This document shows, piece after piece, positions 32,270-41,925 of a stretch of 45,226 nucleotides of DNA (the stretch's first letter is position 1; each line of letters begins with the position of its first letter). The notes under the pieces were generated by a model. It had not been told where the DNA came from, did no database searches, and saw nothing but the letters and a program-made list of their open reading frames with translations. Position numbers and translations under genes: made by a program. The DNA is from a virus (taxonomy: Duplodnaviria; Caudoviricetes): the IMG/VR virus record IMGVR_UViG_3300022886_000003, positions 1 to 45,226 of that record; one strand, written 5' to 3'.

Positions 32270-33774
32270 TTACCCTGCCTTAGAACCATCGTGCCGATGT
32301 TAGTGGTCTTGGTATCTTCACCTTGGACCGGAGGAAGCGAAGTAGTTAGGACACCGCTAGAGGGATCAGCCGCTGGCGCAGCGGCGGGAGCAGCCTGCGT
32401 GGTGGGCGCAGTTCCAGACGCACTACCCTTCATCTCCTGTTGCTCCCGCAACAGCCTTTGCGTCTCCACCGCAATCCTTTGTTGCACGGTCGCCGGAGGC
32501 CCCATCGGTTTAGTGCGGTTGGGATTATTCGGATTGTTTAAAATCGCATCCTCCGCAGCGACATTCTGGCGAGCCTGTTTCTGTATCTCGGCATAATCAA
32601 CCGCCTTCTCCTTGGCGATTCTTGCGCCTTCCAGATTCACCCGCGCCCGCTCTAAGTCAACTCTCGCCCGGTCGGTCTCTTCCAACGACCTGTGATGACG
32701 GACGTTTTCGTCGTAGTTCTTCTGGGCATTGATGGCATTCCTCTCAGCAAGGGAATACTGGAGGTCCAGATTCCTGGACTGATTCTCATACATGAGCGCT
32801 TGCGCGGCGGCTTGCTTCTGCTCCAGATTGAGCTTGGCGTTCTTGTAGATTTCATCGACCTGATTCTTGGTCCGCTCGTCGTTGGCCTTGATCTTGTCAA
32901 GCTCGTCTTGACGCACCTCGTGCTCGGTCTGCTTGCCGTAACGAGCCGCCTGCGCTTTGTTCTGTTCTGCTCTCGACTTACTCTCGGCGATGTCCTGCGC
33001 CTGCTTCTCTTCCTTCATCCTTTGCTCACGCGCAGCCTGCTCTCTGGCATACTGCATTTGCCGCTGCTGGGCAAGAGTGTTATACCCGGCAGTTACTGCG
33101 TTAACGGCGTTACCAATGCCACTCTCACCGGGGTATCTCGCGCGAGTCATCTGCTGCCCTGCGGCTAAGGCAATACCGGCTAAGCTGGGGTCAGTCAACC
33201 TACTCCAGACACCGCCCTTCTTTTGAGGCATTGACGCAGGACCACCGCCTGCCGGGGCATTCGGGTCATGCGGCTGAGCTTCCATCCTACGAACTACGGT
33301 GCCGTCTTTGTCTACGACGTAAGTGGTCCCGTCCTTGTTAAACACCTTGCCCCCAGGAGGAGTAAGATCGGGAGCATAAATCTGCTCAGCGCCCTCCGGC
33401 AATGTGCCGAGCTTGCCAACTGGCGGAGTCGGTGCCTGCACCGGTTGGCCGAAATCGTCCTGACCCCCCAGAGTAGCGGGAGCAGCGGCGGGAATGCGGG
33501 AGAGAGCACCACCCAGAGAGCTTGGAGACGGAGTAGTCCCCGGCGCAGTCGGAGCAGCGCCACCGGTCGGTATCACCATCGGTCGCTGCGGAGGAATCCT
33601 ACCTTGGGCGTCTGCATCTCTGGTATTGGTTCGCGGTAGAACGACTCGCGGCGCGGCCAAAAAAGGCGGCGTGCCACCAGGCCAACCCCCAGCGTTGATC
33701 GCCGGAGCGATGCCTCCGAACTTCTGCGCGAGAGCCATCAGCAATTGCGGATTAATGGGGGGAACTCCGGGCAT
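32239..33774 (-). CDS. Ejection/internal virion protein (coiled coil)
   Basis: 511 aa, Q/A/E-rich; gene position. Confidence 0.7.
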   Translation of the reverse strand: MPGVPPINPQLLMALAQKFGGIAPAINAGGWPGGTPPFLAAPRVVLPRTNTRDADAQGRIPPQRPMVIPTGGAAPTAPGTTPSPSSLGGALSRIPAAAPATLGGQDDFGQPVQAPTPPVGKLGTLPEGAEQIYAPDLTPPGGKVFNKDGTTYVVDKDGTVVRRMEAQPHDPNAPAGGGPASMPQKKGGVWSRLTDPSLAGIALAAGQQMTRARYPGESGIGNAVNAVTAGYNTLAQQRQMQYAREQAAREQRMKEEKQAQDIAESKSRAEQNKAQAARYGKQTEHEVRQDELDKIKANDERTKNQVDEIYKNAKLNLEQKQAAAQALMYENQSRNLDLQYSLAERNAINAQKNYDENVRHHRSLEETDRARVDLERARVNLEGARIAKEKAVDYAEIQKQARQNVAAEDAILNNPNNPNRTKPMGPPATVQQRIAVETQRLLREQQEMKGSASGTAPTTQAAPAAAPAADPSSGVLTTSLPPVQGEDTKTTNIGTMVLRQGKWLRYVPATQ

Positions 33775-34619
33775 TATCGAACTCCTGCGAGAAGCTGACC
33801 GATCGAGGGAATGGGGTTGCCGCGACCTTGCGGCTTGAAAACGGGGGCGACGGGGGTGTGCGGGCCGAGGTGCGCATAGGGCGCGGGCGTGGTGGTGGTG
33901 CCGCCCTGGAACGCGGCGAGCATGGGGAGCGCGGCGAGGAGCGGACCTACTCCCGGCTGCTGCGGTTGTTGGCCCGGTTGCTGCGGTTGAGGATTCGTTC
34001 GTATCGGCGGGAATGTTTCTGTCGGCGTCTCTCTCGGCGGTGTCGTGATCACCGGCCCGTTTATGGGCGGTCTCGTCGTCGTTGGTGGCGTCGTCGGAGC
34101 CGGAGCGAAATAGGTGTTGTAATCGCCCCTCATACTCGGATCGCTGAAGTAGGTGTAGGTGTTGCCGCGCTCTTCGGCGGGAGGATCAGTGAAGTAGGTA
34201 TTGGTATTGCCGCCACCGCCGCCGCCAGTATCACCGCTACCGAGGTCACCGGTGAAATACGTCTGGTAATTGCCACCCGTGCTCCCCGCTTGGCCGCCTC
34301 CCGGCAACGAAGCGAGGTACTGGTTGAGGGTCGGGTCGCCGATGTTAGAGCCGATGGTTTGCAGAGGTTGGTTATTGCCCCACACGTCGGTCGAGAAGAC
34401 CGGATCTTGCGCGGTGCCAGTAGGATCTTGCGGCTGGGTGACGGTCTGCCCCTCGTTGGACTGCTGAGGCGGAGGCTGCTGGCTTTGCCTCAGAAACTCC
34501 CGGTACGCTTCCTCGAAGGATTGATTCTGGTAGTCCCTACCGCTACCGCCAGTCCAATCTTCGAGCCACCACCGAGTGTTGCCGTTGCCGGGAGGATTCG
34601 GATTATAAGTGCTGACCAT
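33774..34619 (-). CDS. Low-complexity virion/ejection protein with four NxxTYF-like repeats
   Basis: NYQTYFTGD, NTNTYFTDP, NTYTYFSDP, DYNTYFAP; AAGGAG RBS. Confidence 0.7.
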   Translation of the reverse strand: MVSTYNPNPPGNGNTRWWLEDWTGGSGRDYQNQSFEEAYREFLRQSQQPPPQQSNEGQTVTQPQDPTGTAQDPVFSTDVWGNNQPLQTIGSNIGDPTLNQYLASLPGGGQAGSTGGNYQTYFTGDLGSGDTGGGGGGNTNTYFTDPPAEERGNTYTYFSDPSMRGDYNTYFAPAPTTPPTTTRPPINGPVITTPPRETPTETFPPIRTNPQPQQPGQQPQQPGVGPLLAALPMLAAFQGGTTTTPAPYAHLGPHTPVAPVFKPQGRGNPIPSIGQLLAGVR

Positions 34620-34628
34620 ATCGTCTCC

Positions 34629-35549
34629 TTACCCGAAGAAGTTGCTGGTGCCGCCGGGTGGTGTGCCTACGATGGGGGGCGTGCCTACCGTGGTGCCCGC
34701 CGGGATGGTGGGCGGCGTCCCGGCGGTGGTTCCCTGTTTACGCATCTGCTCGATGATCTGCAACAAAGCCGGAATACTCAGCCCCGCGCCGATGATCGCT
34801 GACGCCGTACTCGGCTGCGGCACCTTCACCTCTGACACCGCCTCGGCCCCGAACGGCTGCCGGATCTGGTTGCCGTAGTTCAACAGGTTCTGATAGGGCA
34901 ACTGCTGGTAGTACTCGTACCGGTTGGCATTCTCGTTCCGCTGCGCTTCCTCCTGCGCCCGGATCTGCGCGCCCACCGCGCCCGTGATCTGCCCCGGTGC
35001 CGTCAGGTTGGCCTGCAGCTGCGGGATGTTCTGCATCGTCTGCATCGCCTGCTGCTGAGCAGACAGATAGCCCTGGTTCGCCAAACCGGACGACACTTCC
35101 CCCGCCACGCGCTCGGCATCGCGCACCGCCTGCGCCTCCCCGATGCTTTCCCTTGACCCGCCATAGCCCCCGCTAGCAATCCCCTGGTGCCGGATGGCCG
35201 GCAGCGCCCGCGTCAGAAGCTGATCGCCGATGGGAGCCACGGCCGCCGAAATCGCATTCTTCAGGTACGGGTTCGTCGCCGGATCGCGCCCCGCTCCGAG
35301 GTTGAACTCCGCAGACTTGGTCCCGAGTTCAGCGAGGTACTGCGCCGGCGTGACCGCGGCGCCGAGCTGCTTCTGCGCAGAAAGCTCGTCCTGGTTAAAA
35401 TCGGCCACCCGCGGCTCGGGCGACAACTGCGGCCCGCCCTGCTGGTACAGCCGGGTCGACTCGTCGACGAACTGTTTTACCGCCGGTTGCTGGAACGAAG
35501 GGTAGCTACTCGTTGATGTGGATACATTACCGCCGGCGCTCTTTCCCAT
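34629..35549 (-). CDS. Pilot/ejection protein
   Basis: MGKSAGG..TSTS; NPYL; GGYGGSR; Gln-rich; typical of podoviral ejection proteins. Confidence 0.75.
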   Translation of the reverse strand: MGKSAGGNVSTSTSSYPSFQQPAVKQFVDESTRLYQQGGPQLSPEPRVADFNQDELSAQKQLGAAVTPAQYLAELGTKSAEFNLGAGRDPATNPYLKNAISAAVAPIGDQLLTRALPAIRHQGIASGGYGGSRESIGEAQAVRDAERVAGEVSSGLANQGYLSAQQQAMQTMQNIPQLQANLTAPGQITGAVGAQIRAQEEAQRNENANRYEYYQQLPYQNLLNYGNQIRQPFGAEAVSEVKVPQPSTASAIIGAGLSIPALLQIIEQMRKQGTTAGTPPTIPAGTTVGTPPIVGTPPGGTSNFFG

Positions 35550-36042
35550 GATTGCGGACCTCCATTATTAGGGTTGTATAGGCAACTTCGAAGCCGAGCG
35601 GGGCAAGCAGCCGCGCCAATCCTTTGCGTCCGGAAGCCTCGAGCCGCGATGCGCCCTGCTCCCGCGCGAAGATCTCGAGGGCCACCCGGGCGTGGCCGCT
35701 CCAGTCCTTGAAGTGGATGCCCTGGAGCAGGATGATTCTCAGCACCCGCAGACAGGGGTACTCGGTCACCTCGGTGAGGATCACGCCAAGTAACTCCGCA
35801 CCTTCGCCAGCAAGGGCAACCCAAATTTGCTGCCGGTCAGCAGCCACGAGCGCCTTGATCGAAGACTCCGAGAGTTCGCCGTGGCAATAACGCAGTGCCT
35901 CTTGAAGATACGGCACCAACCTCACCCAGACAGGCGGTTCAATCGCCATGTCGGCGGCGATGCGGGTAACTTGCAACTTACGCGGGGCAAGCTGCTTGGC
36001 AACCGGAGATGCTTCGATGATAGGCGTTTCTTCGATAGTCAT
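35527..36042 (-). CDS. GNAT-fold virion-associated protein
   Basis: QIWVA...GVILTEVTEYP...AREQGASRLEASGRKG..R.L...GF. Confidence 0.7.
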   Translation of the reverse strand: MTIEETPIIEASPVAKQLAPRKLQVTRIAADMAIEPPVWVRLVPYLQEALRYCHGELSESSIKALVAADRQQIWVALAGEGAELLGVILTEVTEYPCLRVLRIILLQGIHFKDWSGHARVALEIFAREQGASRLEASGRKGLARLLAPLGFEVAYTTLIMEVRNHGKERRR

Positions 36043-37418
36043 GGTGTGGCCGCAGCTAGTTCCAGTGCTTCGACCTTCGCCTTCAACTGCTTGATTGCGA
36101 GAATGGCGTGCATAAGCACCTCGTGGATATTAACACCCAGTATTTCGACCTCTTCCAAATCCTCCTCGCGCAGTTTTCCAGGGTGCGAATCCACGGTTCC
36201 GGGGAGAATCGCTTGTAACTCCTGAGCGATGAAGCCGACAACGCGCGTGCCTTCGGGAGTTCCGGCCAAGCCGTTGTACTCGGCCTCGATTGGGCGCAAC
36301 TGAGCAATGATATCCAGCCCGCCCTGAAGATCCTGTACGTTCCGCTTGATGCGCGCGTCAGAAGTGACGGTCCAAGTAGTCGTTGTCAACTTGGCCGCGC
36401 TGTCAGTGGACAGGTGCAGTTGGTACGAGGGGATCGTTCCGATCCCGACATTGCCGCCGCTGAAATCAAACCGGGAGCCGTCAAACCCGAGCGGCACGGC
36501 GGCCGAACCGGCGTCGTTGAAAGCGCCGATCGAAGCACGGGCATTCGTGCGGAGGCCGATGTTCTGATCGGTGGCTACGTGGACTTGAACAAGGTTGAGC
36601 GGACTCGCCACGCCGACCCCGAGCGATCCGACACTGGTCAGGTTGAAGCCCGCTCCGTTGATGTTCTGCAACCACGGCGTCTGGATAGAGGCTATGCTGG
36701 GCGCGCCGGTGATCTTGGCATACGCGAGCGAGGTGATCCAGGACGGGTCTGCGTAGCTGCTGAGGACCGACACCGCATTCGTAACTTGGGCCGCGGTGTA
36801 ATCTCCACTCGCCGCGATGACCGCCCCGGTCCTGGTGAATACGCTCGTGACGGCAGACGCGGGCAGGGCGGTCCAGGCCCCATCGCCTCGCAGCCAGTTA
36901 CTCGAGCTTGGCGTACCCGTGCCTAGCCTCGCCACAGCCATCACGCCGGTAGTAACATCCGCCGCCGCGTGGACGTGCGCCGCGGGCGTGAAAGAAGTCG
37001 GCACGCCGGTCAGCTTCGCGTAAGCGAGACTGGTGATCCAGGCCGGATTGGCATACGATCCGAGAATGGAGACGGCGTTGGTTACCTGCGCGGCGGTGTA
37101 ATCTCCCGTGACCGCAATGACATCTCCAATGCGGGTGAAGACGCTGGTGACCGCGCCGCCCCCACCGCCGCCGCCTCCGCTCATCGCGTGCCACGCGCCG
37201 GCGTAGTAAACGTAGTAACCCGCCCCCGACCCCGGATTCCAGTCGGTGCCGTCGGCGTAGACGAGCAGCCCTTCGCGGGGTTTCACCGGTGCCACATGCC
37301 AGACCTTGTGCAGCGAATCACGGTGGCGGTAGATGTCGATCTGCTGATCCTGAGCGACATCCCACAGCATCTTGAGCGCCTCGCGGGGTTCGTCGGGGAG
37401 TGATCTGTCGAGAGGCAT
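36039..37418 (-). CDS. Tail fibre with peptidase S74 intramolecular chaperone
   Basis: PREGLLVYADGTDWNPGSGAGYYVY head; two ~52-aa AVTSVFTR.G.VIA..GDYTAAQV repeats; SDARIKRNV..GFIAQE; coiled-coil end. Confidence 0.88.
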   Translation of the reverse strand: MPLDRSLPDEPREALKMLWDVAQDQQIDIYRHRDSLHKVWHVAPVKPREGLLVYADGTDWNPGSGAGYYVYYAGAWHAMSGGGGGGGGAVTSVFTRIGDVIAVTGDYTAAQVTNAVSILGSYANPAWITSLAYAKLTGVPTSFTPAAHVHAAADVTTGVMAVARLGTGTPSSSNWLRGDGAWTALPASAVTSVFTRTGAVIAASGDYTAAQVTNAVSVLSSYADPSWITSLAYAKITGAPSIASIQTPWLQNINGAGFNLTSVGSLGVGVASPLNLVQVHVATDQNIGLRTNARASIGAFNDAGSAAVPLGFDGSRFDFSGGNVGIGTIPSYQLHLSTDSAAKLTTTTWTVTSDARIKRNVQDLQGGLDIIAQLRPIEAEYNGLAGTPEGTRVVGFIAQELQAILPGTVDSHPGKLREEDLEEVEILGVNIHEVLMHAILAIKQLKAKVEALELAAATP

Positions 37419-37420
37419 GG

Positions 37421-39001
37421 TTATAGCTTCGCCGTCGGCTCGAGGTCTAAGTCAAAGCCGATGAGTTTCCAGTTGGCGCCCACGGTAAAGCAGTCGACGC
37501 GATAGGAAAGATACCGGAAGGTACCGAAGAAGCCGAGTTTCACCGTCGTTCCCTGGATGAAATTCTTAGGGGCCTGCCAGGCGACCGGCGCCTTGCGCCC
37601 CATCGAGAAGCCCACGGCAATGGAGAAGGTGATGCCGTCGTCGCAGACGAACTTGGGCCAGATCTCGCGCATCACGGCGAGGTGCCCGTGGTCGATCACG
37701 ATCTCGCCGCGCGACATTCCCTTCACTGCCACACCGGTGCGCTCCACGTAGTTCACGGTCGCGTCGTCCACGTCCACCGTGTCGCCGTTGACCCGGAGTA
37801 CCAGAGCCGTCGACATCAGGGCGAGTCCCTCGACCGAGCGTTCGTAGGTGTTCGATTCCCAGGTGGTGGGGTCTTGCGCGGCCCAGGTGCCGACAGTCGA
37901 TTGCCAGGAGTTGGCGCCGGCGGTGGGCGTGGTGGGACCGGCCGAGATGGCGTGGTGATTGTCTTCGATGTCGCGGATGGTCCAGGTGTCGAACTGCCAG
38001 TTCCACACCAGCGCCCGGTTGTTGACCACCGTGCCGCCGTGGCTGAAGCAGATCCAGATCTCCTTGGCCGTCATCTTCCGGACGCATCTCACCTTGTCGA
38101 AGCTCGCCGGGGTCAGTTGCGAAAAAAACCAGCGCTTGGTGCGGTCGTAGCCTACGCTGGTGACGCTTTGCAGATCGTGAATGACGAAGTCGTCGGCGGT
38201 CACCTGGAAGACTTTGTTGAGGAAGGTGGTGGCGCAGCCTTGGGCGAGCGCACCGATTTCTGAGAAGACCCGCCGAAAGGCCATGATGTCCTGGCCGCCG
38301 ATGAAGGTCATGGCCCACGTCTGCTGGCCCGTGGTGATCATGAACTGGTTGCCGACCTGCATGCCGTCGACGATGCGGTCCTCGCCTTCGGAGAGCGAGA
38401 CCTGCCCGGCATCGAGCGTCTCGTCGGCTACGTCCCAGGAGGGTGGGATTCCCAGCGGGTCGGCGGGGTGCGACCACAGGACGAGGCGATCGTCACGTTC
38501 GCCCGAGATCGTCACATCGAGGGCCACCAGGAAATTCTTGAAGGGCGCGATCACCTTGGCCCGGTGCGTGGCAGGCCAGTTGGGGAGGTCGATCAGGTCG
38601 GTGGCTGCGTTCGGCAGATCCCAGTTCTGGGGCAGGTCGACGCCGTTATTCAGGATCAGGTGGTCGTTGAACATGCCGCCCTGCCAGAAGTCCTGCGTCC
38701 CTCCGGTGTAGGGACCGCTGAGGCGGGTGATGTCATCCACGGTCGGGCCTGACAGAGCCATCACCTGAGCGAGGCCCGTGTAGACCCAGAACTTGCCGAT
38801 CAGCGAGTGGACGAAGAAGAGGCCATACGGAGTCGGAGAGGCACCGGCATTGGTCACCGTGTGCCAGGAGGGCGCCCGCTCAATGCCTCCCAGCTCAAAG
38901 CGCACGTTGCGGCAATCATTCCAGAAGGCGGGCGGCAGGTCGTAAGGGGGCTGGTCGATGATCAGCCCGGTCTTGCCGACGAATTGGACAGGAACGATCA
39001 C
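37421..39001 (-). CDS. Tail nozzle/stabilisation protein (tubular protein B-like)
   Basis: ~526 aa from GTG 39001 (GTGA overlap); GLI.D.PPYDLPP..W....NVRF; beta-propeller-like composition. Confidence 0.8.
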   Translation of the reverse strand: MIVPVQFVGKTGLIIDQPPYDLPPAFWNDCRNVRFELGGIERAPSWHTVTNAGASPTPYGLFFVHSLIGKFWVYTGLAQVMALSGPTVDDITRLSGPYTGGTQDFWQGGMFNDHLILNNGVDLPQNWDLPNAATDLIDLPNWPATHRAKVIAPFKNFLVALDVTISGERDDRLVLWSHPADPLGIPPSWDVADETLDAGQVSLSEGEDRIVDGMQVGNQFMITTGQQTWAMTFIGGQDIMAFRRVFSEIGALAQGCATTFLNKVFQVTADDFVIHDLQSVTSVGYDRTKRWFFSQLTPASFDKVRCVRKMTAKEIWICFSHGGTVVNNRALVWNWQFDTWTIRDIEDNHHAISAGPTTPTAGANSWQSTVGTWAAQDPTTWESNTYERSVEGLALMSTALVLRVNGDTVDVDDATVNYVERTGVAVKGMSRGEIVIDHGHLAVMREIWPKFVCDDGITFSIAVGFSMGRKAPVAWQAPKNFIQGTTVKLGFFGTFRYLSYRVDCFTVGANWKLIGFDLDLEPTAKL

Positions 39002-39666
39002 TGGTGACCCGCCTCCCAATGGGCTTGCCCGAGCAGGGCGTCCTCCCCGGACCCGATGACAGCGCGGCGCATGGACTCGTTTCTCGAGGTGGTCTCCTGG
39101 GCAATGCGGCGGCGAGCCTCGGCGCGGTCCTGGCCGAACAGGGTGGCCGCTTCGTTGTCGCGGATGTTGCGCGCCACATGCCACCCGGCCTCTGCGATCA
39201 GCAGGTCGTCGGCATAACGGCTCCAAAGATTCTCACTGCCGCCGCCGGAGAGCAGGGCATCCTTGCTGTAGAAATGAAGCTGAAAGCTGTAGCTGACATC
39301 GGGCTGCGGATGGAAAACGATGGTCTCCCCATACAGGTGAAAGTTCTTGGGAAGCCCATAGGACGTATCGATGATATGCTCGAACTCGGCCCCGTAGACT
39401 TTATGCGGATTAGGCCATAACACCGTCTCGCTGGTTTTCTTTCTGATCAAGACGAAGTCTTCCAGCACTTCGATGAAGTTGACCGGCAGCAGATTGATCC
39501 CGCTGAGGTATTCGATTTCCAGACCGGACTCGAGAAACCAGGGATAGGGCGGCGTTTTTTCGAGTGCGCGCTGGGCCGCGCGGATCTCCGAGTAGATCAT
39601 CTGGTCGATGTCGGTACGCTGGCCGAGGCGCCCGGCGAGCAGATTCTTCATATCATCGAGGGTCAT
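38998..39666 (-). CDS. Head-tail adaptor (tubular protein A-like)
   Basis: MTL..M...LA.RLG; PWFL; G.PK.F....I.FHP.PD; position. Confidence 0.75.
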   Translation of the reverse strand: MTLDDMKNLLAGRLGQRTDIDQMIYSEIRAAQRALEKTPPYPWFLESGLEIEYLSGINLLPVNFIEVLEDFVLIRKKTSETVLWPNPHKVYGAEFEHIIDTSYGLPKNFHLYGETIVFHPQPDVSYSFQLHFYSKDALLSGGGSENLWSRYADDLLIAEAGWHVARNIRDNEAATLFGQDRAEARRRIAQETTSRNESMRRAVIGSGEDALLGQAHWEAGHQ

Positions 39667-39670
39667 GGCG

Positions 39671-40390
39671 TTACCACCCAAACTCCAGAACTATCAAGTA
39701 GCCGGAGCCCCCCGTTCCACCCGTGCCGGACCCGCCGGGAGCCGAGAAGCCGCCGCCCCCGCCTCCGCCGCTATTGGGGAGGGCGTTTAAATCCGAAGCT
39801 CCTCCTGCCGCTCCGCCCCGGGCGCCGAACACTTGGCCCCCGGCAAAGGGAGGACTCCCATAATCCCCGAACGTCCCGGCAAACACGATATCTCCGATGC
39901 TGAGGGAGCGGTCGTGGATCAGTCCGGGGAAAGGGGCGGAAGTTCCTGCCCTACCCTCTCGCGCCAGGCAATGGGTGAGAGGACCGGCACTGATGAAGGA
40001 GGTGGAGGCACCGTCTCCGCCCGTACCTCCCGCAGCCGCGCCCGCCGTGCCTCCCGCTCCGATCGTCACCGTGGCCGAAGCAATGGCGGTAACATCAAGC
40101 CATTTGATGGCGATGGCTCCGCTCGAACCGCCGCCGCCCGAGTAACCGGCCACCGAACCACCGCCCCCGCCGCCGCCCGCGCCCTGGCAATAGACGATGA
40201 CCTTCTTCACGTTGGCGGGGCGGGTCCAGGTTCCGGAAGCCGTGAAGGTCTGGATGGACTTGAGGAAGGTGATCGACTGCATCACCGTCTTGATGAGGCG
40301 GATGTGGTCATCGCCAGCCGAGACGGCGTCGGTCGAGAGCGGATTGGTGGGGACCAGATCCCCGATGCCCGTGCCTGTTTCAAGTCCCAT
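39671..40390 (-). CDS. Gly-rich fibre/collar protein
   Basis: MGLETGT.I.DL.PTNP..D...GDDHIRLIK; TFTASGTWT.P; GAGGGGG repeats. Confidence 0.8.
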   Translation of the reverse strand: MGLETGTGIGDLVPTNPLSTDAVSAGDDHIRLIKTVMQSITFLKSIQTFTASGTWTRPANVKKVIVYCQGAGGGGGGGSVAGYSGGGGSSGAIAIKWLDVTAIASATVTIGAGGTAGAAAGGTGGDGASTSFISAGPLTHCLAREGRAGTSAPFPGLIHDRSLSIGDIVFAGTFGDYGSPPFAGGQVFGARGGAAGGASDLNALPNSGGGGGGGFSAPGGSGTGGTGGSGYLIVLEFGW

Positions 40391-41194
40391 TTATCTCATC
40401 TGCCTTTCGAGGTTCTCACGCCGGCGCTTGCGGATCTGGTAGGATCGCCCCGCCGTATGGCCGGTCGTGGCCGGAGCGGTGATGCCCGGCAGCGTCACAC
40501 CGGAAGAGGCGAGCTGAGACCCGACGCTTTGGTAAGCAGCCGATGCCTCCGCGCCGGACAAGGTTCGCTTCCAGAATGCCGCCGCCGCAATGGTTCCCGC
40601 AAAGGGAATCGCTCCTCCGGTGAATAACCCGATGAGGTTATTGTTGCTATTCCCGATGAGCGGAGTACCCGTAGCCGCCCCTACCGCAGGCACCACACTG
40701 TTATTCAGGTACATGATCGTGGTCGTATTGACCGGGCCGGGAGATTTGGTGGCGATGAAGCAATACCAAGACCCGTTGGAGATAACCCCACCGGCGGTCG
40801 GGCAGGTCGCACCAAAGTATTCCACGCTGATGGCCCCGGCGGGGGTTCCCGCAGCGAGCGCAAAGTTGCCCAACGTACCATTCGAGCCGGTGGCGAGCAT
40901 GCAGCCGAACGTCCCCACTGCCGACGGCTTGAACACCACCAGGGCGGAGCAGGAAGTAACGCTGATCCACCCGTTCTCGGCCACCGAAACAGCACGCTTA
41001 CCCGTACCATCGAACACGCCGCCGTCGGCAGCCAGCGCGAAGTCAGATCCCTCCACCGCCGCCGTGCCGCCCCGCAAAGCGTGGTTGGCGAACGAACTCC
41101 AATCCTTGAGAGTCTGCTTGGTGGCGCCGTCCACCCAATTGGCCGGAATATCGGCGAGGTAAATCTCCCACTCGGCGCCGCTCGGCAAGGCCAT
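40391..41194 (-). CDS. LamG/ConA-like virion protein
   Basis: KDWSS..NH; FDG; WY.F..T; FAGTIA....W.RTLS..E. Confidence 0.7.
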   Translation of the reverse strand: MALPSGAEWEIYLADIPANWVDGATKQTLKDWSSFANHALRGGTAAVEGSDFALAADGGVFDGTGKRAVSVAENGWISVTSCSALVVFKPSAVGTFGCMLATGSNGTLGNFALAAGTPAGAISVEYFGATCPTAGGVISNGSWYCFIATKSPGPVNTTTIMYLNNSVVPAVGAATGTPLIGNSNNNLIGLFTGGAIPFAGTIAAAAFWKRTLSGAEASAAYQSVGSQLASSGVTLPGITAPATTGHTAGRSYQIRKRRRENLERQMR

Positions 41195-41195
41195 G

Positions 41196-41891
41196 CTATT
41201 GTTCCCTTCTATCGACTAACCCGGCGTCACGCCCCTCGTAAATCACCTGTGTGTTCTCCACTCGGAATTCCTCGTACCGCGGAAGGGAATACATCTTATT
41301 GCCCCAGTGGCCGACCAGTGCGCTAGTGTCATGGTCGACCCAGATGGGGATGCCTGCTTTTTCGAGCTTCTCGCAGAACCCCCAATCTTCACCCACCCAG
41401 CGCTGTTCATCCTCGAGCCATTGGACCGGGAACCACGGCTTTTTAAGATCGTGAAACACCGTCGCCTTGATGAGCATGATCCCGGTGCCGACGCGCCACA
41501 CGCGCTCGAGTCCGGTATTCCGCTCACAGGGAATGAGCTTGCCGTTTTCATCGAGGCCGAGGCAGGCGGTCTCCTGCGGCGGGTCGACCTTGGTGGCGAT
41601 GTTGCACGCGACAATGGCCCGCTGGTGAGTGAGCAGCCGCGCGACGACGGAGGCCGGAAACGATTGATCGGTGTCGATGAAGAGTAAGTGGGTGAAGTTG
41701 TACTTCAACGCCATCTCGCCGAAGTGCTGGCGCGCCGCCCACAGCATGGAGGTCTTGTGGTTCAAAACCGCCATCTCGATCTGTGGCTCGTGACGCATGG
41801 TCTGCGTCAACATGTTGCACATCGCCATGCCGAACTGATCGGACCAATGGCCCGTGGTGGGAAACCCGACCAACACTTTGGCTGAGATCAC
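41196..41891 (-). CDS. GT-A fold glycosyltransferase
   Basis: THLLFIDTDQ (DxD); VGTGIMLIK..VF..L.KPWF; GEDWGFC; WVD.....GHWG. Confidence 0.8.
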   Translation of the reverse strand: MISAKVLVGFPTTGHWSDQFGMAMCNMLTQTMRHEPQIEMAVLNHKTSMLWAARQHFGEMALKYNFTHLLFIDTDQSFPASVVARLLTHQRAIVACNIATKVDPPQETACLGLDENGKLIPCERNTGLERVWRVGTGIMLIKATVFHDLKKPWFPVQWLEDEQRWVGEDWGFCEKLEKAGIPIWVDHDTSALVGHWGNKMYSLPRYEEFRVENTQVIYEGRDAGLVDRREQ

Positions 41892-41925
41892 GCTGATTAC
41901 GCTCCCGGTTGAGGGTGTACTTGAA

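Noticed and set aside
36700-37160. Duplicated ~155-bp segment in the tail fibre as a mobile or invertible element
   Set aside because: It is a direct, in-frame repeat with synonymous divergence, i.e. an ordinary fibre shaft repeat; no invertase is present.
39001-39226. ORF-track N-terminal extensions (37421..39226, 5992..6768, 21661..22551, 12002..12613, 19223..19885)
   Set aside because: Each extension overlaps a better-supported neighbouring gene; downstream starts with stop/start coupling, an RBS or a promoter fit better.
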